Positions 58,201-64,000 of a stretch of 64,000 nucleotides of DNA are shown in pieces (positions within the stretch are counted from its first letter, which is position 1; every line of letters begins with the position of its first letter). The notes under the pieces are model-generated. The model was not told where the DNA came from. It saw only the letters and a list, made by a program, of their open reading frames with translations, and made no database searches. This DNA comes from Curvularia clavata (lineage: Eukaryota), in assembly GCA_023920165.1 (NCBI GenBank), contig CP089280.1:744001-808000 (forward strand). The letters are read 5' to 3'. A program made the position numbers and the translations under genes.

Positions 58201-60765
58201 TCACTCATCTTCTTCTTCAAACGCAGGCGGCGGAGGCGGCGGAATACTGAAATCCTCCAGACTCGCCCACTGACTACTCCGGTAATGTCCCCCAGCTACA
58301 TCCTGTGTCATACCCATGATAGGACTACTCCATCCCTCAGCACGAGCACTTACCTTCTCTGGACTGGGGAAACTGCTTGGTATGAAGAGGGGAGGAGGGA
58401 GTTTGTTTGGAGTGGTGAAGACGGGTTGGGAGCTGGGGATGCGGTGGGGTGTCGTGTGTGTGCTTGAGAAGTGCTGGGTTCGTTTGGCACGTGGTGTGCG
58501 CTGTGTGATTTCGTCGACGGTGGTGGCTTGGCTGGGGCGGTATCCAGATGAGTGGTGCTGTAGAGCTGGAGCAGGGTTTCGGGGTGGACGCGGCGTTGCG
58601 TCGTAGCTGAATGCGTCGGGGGCGACACGCACGCTGGATGACCCAGGGGGTCGAGCTTTTACATATTGTGAGTAAGAGAGCCATTCATTTTGGAGCTGCT
58701 GTTCTGCCTTGCTTGAATCTGATTTTTGAGACTCGTACTGTAGGGATGGAGAGCGAGGGACTTGAATGGATTCGTCGTCAAGGTTCGTAGATTGTTGAAA
58801 GCGGGCAGATGCGGGGTGCGGAGGTCTTCTGCTAGAGCGTGGTGGAGTTAGGTCTCTGTCGAGCGATCTTTCCTCGTCAGAAGAATCATATTTAAGAACC
58901 ATGGGTGTTGAAGCGGAGGTTTCCTGAAAGTCCGCTTCAAGAACCGGTGGGCTTGAATGAAGCTCATCCGTGTCTGCAGGTAGCTCTGCTTTAATACTGA
59001 TGGCCGCGTCGTCTCTCCTTGGGCTTCCATTGGGTAGTGGTTTCATTGGGACAGAAGGCGGCTCTGGATAATCCTTGCCGTCTACATCTTCGCTTTCAGG
59101 CTCTTGCTTAATCCTAGTTGGCCCATCACAGCGGGTTAGTTGCTCTTTCTGGACAGTCTGCTCCTTGTGGCCAGGTGATTGTTCATGAGACTCTCCGAGC
59201 CCAGGAAAAGGTTCCTTGTAGCCTCGAGTTATAGGAGAATCGCCAAGTTCTGGTGATGGCTCTGGTCCGACTGTTTCGCCAGTTGCCTTGGCCTCGTCAC
59301 ATGCTCGATCTATTTCACCAAGCATTCGTTGAGTGTCCACACCAATACTCTTCCCTGACGTTGCGACCTCGACACTTTCGTCAACATCTTCCTCAGCACG
59401 TCTAGCCAGAAACGTATCTTCCTCGATGATATCGCCTTCTTCATCCTCGGAGTCCTGAATAGTACTCTCGAATCTTCTCAGCTTCGGTGGTGGTACTGGG
59501 GTCTTCGAGGGCATACTAAAAACCACTTGCTTCCGTTTTGAGGGGGTCTCAGCAACAGCATTACTAGAATTGGCTCTACACTGCTTCAGTGGCGACCGAT
59601 TTGACTTGTGAGGCGTAACTCGTGTGGAGATTGGTGAGTCTGCTGGTGACTGAGAAGATGGTATCTCACGTATACGCCGCTTCTCTGGAGTGGACAAAAG
59701 ACTGAATCGAAATTTGCTTGACCTTGTTGATTTCGGTAGGGCATCCGAGATCTCTTCCAAATTTGGGCTTTGTCCTCTCGTATTGCATCGGGTTGCCCTG
59801 TCAGGTCTTCTCGAAGGAGCTTCGATGAACTGTGTTGGCTTGTAGCTGTCGTCACAGTCACCTTCTACTGATTGCACTATAGACTCAGTCACGCCTTGTG
59901 ACTCTGGCATAGAATTGTCCTCCTCCTTCTTCGTTGATTCTGAATTCAATTCTTTCTCAGCTGTCACAAGAGCTGAACCGTCCGTATTGTTATCCCCTGT
60001 TTGGTACAATCCTTGCTGTGCGAGACGCCGTGCCACAGCATCGCCGTAAGCCTGGTCATATTTTTCTTCAGCCTCAGTGTTACTTGGAGCTTCATCCAAG
60101 TCCTCATCCGACTTGATGTCCAATGGACGCATTCCGGGCACCATCTGAGTCAATGTCCGCTGTTTCTCATCCCTGCTCTTCTTGCCCTTGCCGCTCCAGC
60201 TCAACCGTGGGGGCTTTTTGACGGGCTTGAAATCGGGCTCCTCAACACCTAACAGAGGTTTGCGCCCGTCAACCAATTGAGTCATGGTTGACTGCCTTCT
60301 CAGCGTGCGCTCTCTGTCTGTATTGTTCATCCCATCCGCTTCGTTGTCAGATGTGGCCTGGATGCGCTGTGTGCGGCGATGACTTTTAGATGGGACGGTC
60401 TTGCGACGACGTTTGGACGGGTTTGCAATCGAATCGTCATGTTCGCTATCTGGCTCTTCTTTGATGATATCGCTATCTCGTTTCCTGCCCTTCTGCTTCG
60501 ATGCCTTGGTGGTTCCCTCCTCTATACTCTCCTCCGTATCTGTCTCCAAACTGCCGCTATCTTCCGAGTCGTCTACAACTCTCTGTTCCCGCATTTTGTC
60601 CGGTAGAAATATCATTTGCCGCTTCTCTCGTCCACCGCGTACGGGTGTGGTGCGCTGGCGCACCGTCTTGCGTTTATGTGGAAAGTGTACTTGCTGTGGC
60701 ACGTTCTTTGAGTAGTACACTTTGAAGTCAGCATCTCGATTACTGTTTCGTGTGCGTGGCGTCAT
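58201..60765 (-). CDS. Large, mostly disordered hypothetical protein, probably nuclear, 854 aa
   Basis: Uninterrupted 2.56-kb ORF from ATG 60765, S/P/E/K/R-rich, with basic NLS-like stretches (PSKRRRK). No recognisable catalytic motif. Confidence 0.8.
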   Translation of the reverse strand: MTPRTRNSNRDADFKVYYSKNVPQQVHFPHKRKTVRQRTTPVRGGREKRQMIFLPDKMREQRVVDDSEDSGSLETDTEESIEEGTTKASKQKGRKRDSDIIKEEPDSEHDDSIANPSKRRRKTVPSKSHRRTQRIQATSDNEADGMNNTDRERTLRRQSTMTQLVDGRKPLLGVEEPDFKPVKKPPRLSWSGKGKKSRDEKQRTLTQMVPGMRPLDIKSDEDLDEAPSNTEAEEKYDQAYGDAVARRLAQQGLYQTGDNNTDGSALVTAEKELNSESTKKEEDNSMPESQGVTESIVQSVEGDCDDSYKPTQFIEAPSRRPDRATRCNTRGQSPNLEEISDALPKSTRSSKFRFSLLSTPEKRRIREIPSSQSPADSPISTRVTPHKSNRSPLKQCRANSSNAVAETPSKRKQVVFSMPSKTPVPPPKLRRFESTIQDSEDEEGDIIEEDTFLARRAEEDVDESVEVATSGKSIGVDTQRMLGEIDRACDEAKATGETVGPEPSPELGDSPITRGYKEPFPGLGESHEQSPGHKEQTVQKEQLTRCDGPTRIKQEPESEDVDGKDYPEPPSVPMKPLPNGSPRRDDAAISIKAELPADTDELHSSPPVLEADFQETSASTPMVLKYDSSDEERSLDRDLTPPRSSRRPPHPASARFQQSTNLDDESIQVPRSPSLQYESQKSDSSKAEQQLQNEWLSYSQYVKARPPGSSSVRVAPDAFSYDATPRPPRNPAPALQHHSSGYRPSQATTVDEITQRTPRAKRTQHFSSTHTTPHRIPSSQPVFTTPNKLPPPLFIPSSFPSPEKVSARAEGWSSPIMGMTQDVAGGHYRSSQWASLEDFSIPPPPPPAFEEEDE

Positions 60766-61171
60766 GATGTAGGGTTGGAGCAATCGCTACCTTTGAATCT
60801 CGAGGTGCAGGAGACGCGAACGCGTCGAGGGGTCACTAGCGCGAAATGATGCCTGGGATTAATGCGTCATACAGTGATTAGCCTCATGTCACGGCACCAC
60901 TGCAACACCGTGTTTCTCATGCGTAAAGTATGCTCGTTTATATTTGTGCCATTTTAAGCTGGCAAACGTATTATTATCATTGATAGGCTATGTCACAATC
61001 TAATCTTTACTATGTATAAAAGAAGACTAAACTTGACAAGAACAAGGTGTAGCTCAGCGCTTGAGCGTTATGAGTTAACAACAAATCTAAATCTTGAAAC
61101 AGAACAATGCTTGAAAATCATGGGCTTTTTGAAAGCAAGCCGGGCTGAGAATATGAAGACAGAAAGCGGCT

Positions 61172-64000
61172 CTATGCCTTCTCCGATATTTCAGTAGGCT
61201 GTTGTGGAGGGGTGTTGGCACCAGTGATGGAGGCGTAGCGAGCAGTCTCGCTATCCTTCTCACCCTGGCGACCAGAGTCGGAGTTGTGGCTGCTACCAGC
61301 GCGCGAAGGTTCGTCGGCCGTTGTCGCGTTGGCCGCAGTGTTCGGGCTGACTTCCTTCTCCTTCTTGGGCCTGGGCATGCGGATGAGATAGTAGAAGGTG
61401 AGTGCGGCAGCGATGTTGAAGATGACATATACCCAGAGGAGACTACATTTATTCGTTAGCAATGCTTCGATAGAAAACTGAAGAATGGTTGACTCACCCA
61501 AAGTTACGCCAAAGGTCGGAGTAGGAGGATGAGATGCTCTTAAGGAAAACGTTGGTATCCTGAATAGCACAGAAGTTGCAGTCGCTTGTAGCATTCTGGT
61601 TTAGCATCTTGCCACCAGAGACCGAGATCCAGGGCTGCATGTATTCACCGCAAGTCTGGCCTTGAGGAGGGTCGAAGTGAATGAGCTCGTTTTGAGCGCA
61701 GTTGACCTGACTGTTGGCGAGACCCGCAGACAACATACCAGACACCATGTATGTAAACGGTGAGACACGATACATGAAGATCCAGAAGCGAGGGAACTGG
61801 GAAGGCTGTGCGAGGACACCGCAGAAGATCAGGCAGAGCGAGAACATCAAGTTGGCCACGTTGCCACCAGTCTCGGCGTGGTCCATACCAGCAATAACCA
61901 TGTGCGTGAAGGTCGAGGTGAAGAGCAAGAACATCCAGACGAAGAGGAACAACTGGAACCCACGAAGGGCGACAGCGTCGGTGTACTCAGCGTTCTTGTA
62001 GAGACCGATCGGGTAGTACCAGCAGAAGAAGATGAGCACAGCCATCAGAGAGTTCCAGGGAAGTTCGACGACAATGTTGGCAATCATGAAGGCTTTCCAT
62101 GAATAAGCCTTGCTAGGTCGCTCACGAACTTCATACAAGGCACGCTGGGTGACAAAGTGCGGCATAATCTGCTGGACCAATTGACCGAAGATGGTCAACA
62201 ACATGAAGATACCGAACATCTGATTCTGGAGACCAGTCTGAGTGTTGGGCATTTGGAAGAGCGAGAAACCGATGAAGAGGGCCGAGAGAACGCAGAGGAA
62301 AGTCTTGGAGTAGATGTATGAAGGCGTGCGCCAGTACTGTTGGAAGACACGAACCAAGGTCTCACGGAGCTGTACCACGAAGGGTGCAGCAAACTCGCGG
62401 TAGGCAGCCTTGTCCTCTCGCTTCTGGGCAGACAGGGTACGTTGAAGAGCTTCAGCCTGACCACGTTCAGACTTGAGTTCAGCGAGATGGCGCTTGACCT
62501 CTCTATACTCGGCGGACTGTCGCCAAGTCTGATGCCAGTCAATATCAGTATGCGAACCAGGAGCAGCGCCGATGACTTCCAACATCCATTCAGCTGGATT
62601 AGCATCAGGAGGGCATGGAGGGCCACCGTTGCGAACAAAGTAGTCGACAAGAATTTGCGAGTTTTCACCGATATCTCCATAGTAGACAGTGCGTCCACCG
62701 CGGGCCAAGAACAGAAGACGATCGAAGCGCTGGAACAACATGGCGCTAGGCTGATGGATAGTGCAGAGAATAGCCTGTCCGTTCTTCTTCAACTTGTCGA
62801 GAAGATCGAGGATAGCCCATGAGGTTTGAGAATCAAGTCCAGAGGTAGGTTCGTCCAAGAAGAGAAGGAGCGCGGGCTTAGCAGCCAACTCCACACCGAT
62901 AGTAAGACGCTTTCGTTGTTCGACGTTGAGACCCTCACCAGGTACACCGACGACTGCATCAGCGTACTCTGTCATTTCGAGAAGCTTGATGACTTCCTCA
63001 ACGTATTCGACCTTTTCTTGACGAGAGACGTGAGCAGGTTGACGTAGGACAGCAGAGAAGATGAGGGCTTCGCGAACGGTCGAGGTGGAAAGATGAAGAT
63101 CCTGCTGTTGGGCATAACCTGTCTTGCGCTGGAAAGATTCGTCACGAGGCTTGCCGTCAACCAGCATCTGACCGGTAATCACGCCCATTGTTGTACGTGT
63201 AGCCAAGCAGTCCAGAAGTGTGGTTTTACCGGCACCCGAAACACCCATGAGCGCAGTCAGAGTACCCGGCTTGACCCATCCATCAACGTGGTCGAGAATG
63301 CGACGAGGCTCCTTCTTGATCGTGATGTCGTAGCACACGTCCTCCCACTGGAAGATGGCGGTTTGGCGTTCGATGATGGCGATGTTGTCCGAGTTGTCGT
63401 TTTGCACAGTAACGTTGCGTCCAGGGTCAGCAGCTTCTAGGTCTTCCTGTGACTTGCTCTTGGGAGTGGCGAGCTTGTGACCGCGACGGAAAACAAGGAC
63501 TTCACCCTTGGATTTCTTTGCGGTAATGTACTCTGTACCAGCGAGGTAGACAAACATGAGACCGAACATGAATACCCACATGATTCCGAAGTTGCGCCAC
63601 TTGTGACTGGCGTAGTAGTTGAAGGAGGAGTTGATGTAAGCATCGCCTTCAACGTACGTCTGTCCAGGAACAGATCCGATAGCGCGGCAAGCTCGTTGGG
63701 AACCAGAGACGTTGTCATATACGCTGAGAGCCGGAAGAGAGCCACTGGTAGGAATGTAGTCGGTGCATTCAAATCGCCTGTTGTGGAATTCATTGACCAT
63801 GAGCGCTTCAAATCCATAGCTGACGGGGTTGATGTAGCGAATCCAACTGGACCAGCCCAACATGTAGCTTGGAGGAATGGCGAAACCAGTGTACATGACC
63901 AGACCCAGGATAAGAATGGCAGCTGGAGCCAATGCCTGTACTAGAGAGCGAGACAAAGCGGCAATGGACCGGAAGAACATGGACATGACCAGCGTAAGCG
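61172..64000 (-). CDS. PDR-type (ABCG) multidrug transporter, 3' part (5' end outside window); intron 61497-61443
   Basis: WRNFGI and [15 protein letters not shown] motifs, NBD2 Walker [44 protein letters not shown]. Intron GTGAGT..GCTAAC..TAG joins the last exon [13 protein letters not shown]. Confidence 0.96.

Noticed and set aside
49317..64000. MFS + P450 + ABC transporter as a secondary-metabolite cluster
   Set aside because: No backbone synthase in the window, the MFS is of a housekeeping FLVCR type, and an unrelated gene intervenes. Sequence beyond 64000 is unseen.

Overview
Eukaryotic, gene-dense window from a filamentous ascomycete. It has short GT-AG introns with CTRAC branch sites; Pezizomycotina, possibly a Dothideomycete, is my inference. 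I reconstructed about 20 protein-coding genes, most needing manual splicing beyond the ORF track. In order: 3' end of a fungal transcription-factor-like gene, HUL5-type HECT E3 ligase, F-box-like hypothetical, epsin, four-finger C2H2 transcription factor, flavohemoglobin, SAM methyltransferase, Rat1/Xrn2, Uso1/p115, SDR, MOT1-family molybdate transporter, F-box/WD-like protein, a HeLo-like-domain/degenerate G-alpha fusion, bZIP-like factor, Yme1, RraA/HMG-aldolase-like protein, Qcr6, FLVCR-type MFS transporter, an intronless orphan cytochrome P450, a large disordered hypothetical protein, and the 3' part of a PDR ABC transporter. I recognised no tRNA, rRNA, transposon or CRISPR array. Best leads: (1) a 604-aa protein fusing a fungal HeLo-like N-terminal domain to a G-alpha fold with degenerate G1-G4 motifs (candidate pseudo-GTPase/decoy); (2) an unannotated structured-RNA candidate at about 20.9-21.05 kb with a repeated upstream motif; (3) a flavohemoglobin with NirA-type sites and a possible non-AUG mitochondrial-targeting extension; (4) a 1.17-kb ATG-free, intron-containing leader upstream of the C2H2 regulator. 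All family assignments come from motifs recognised by eye; no database searches were run.
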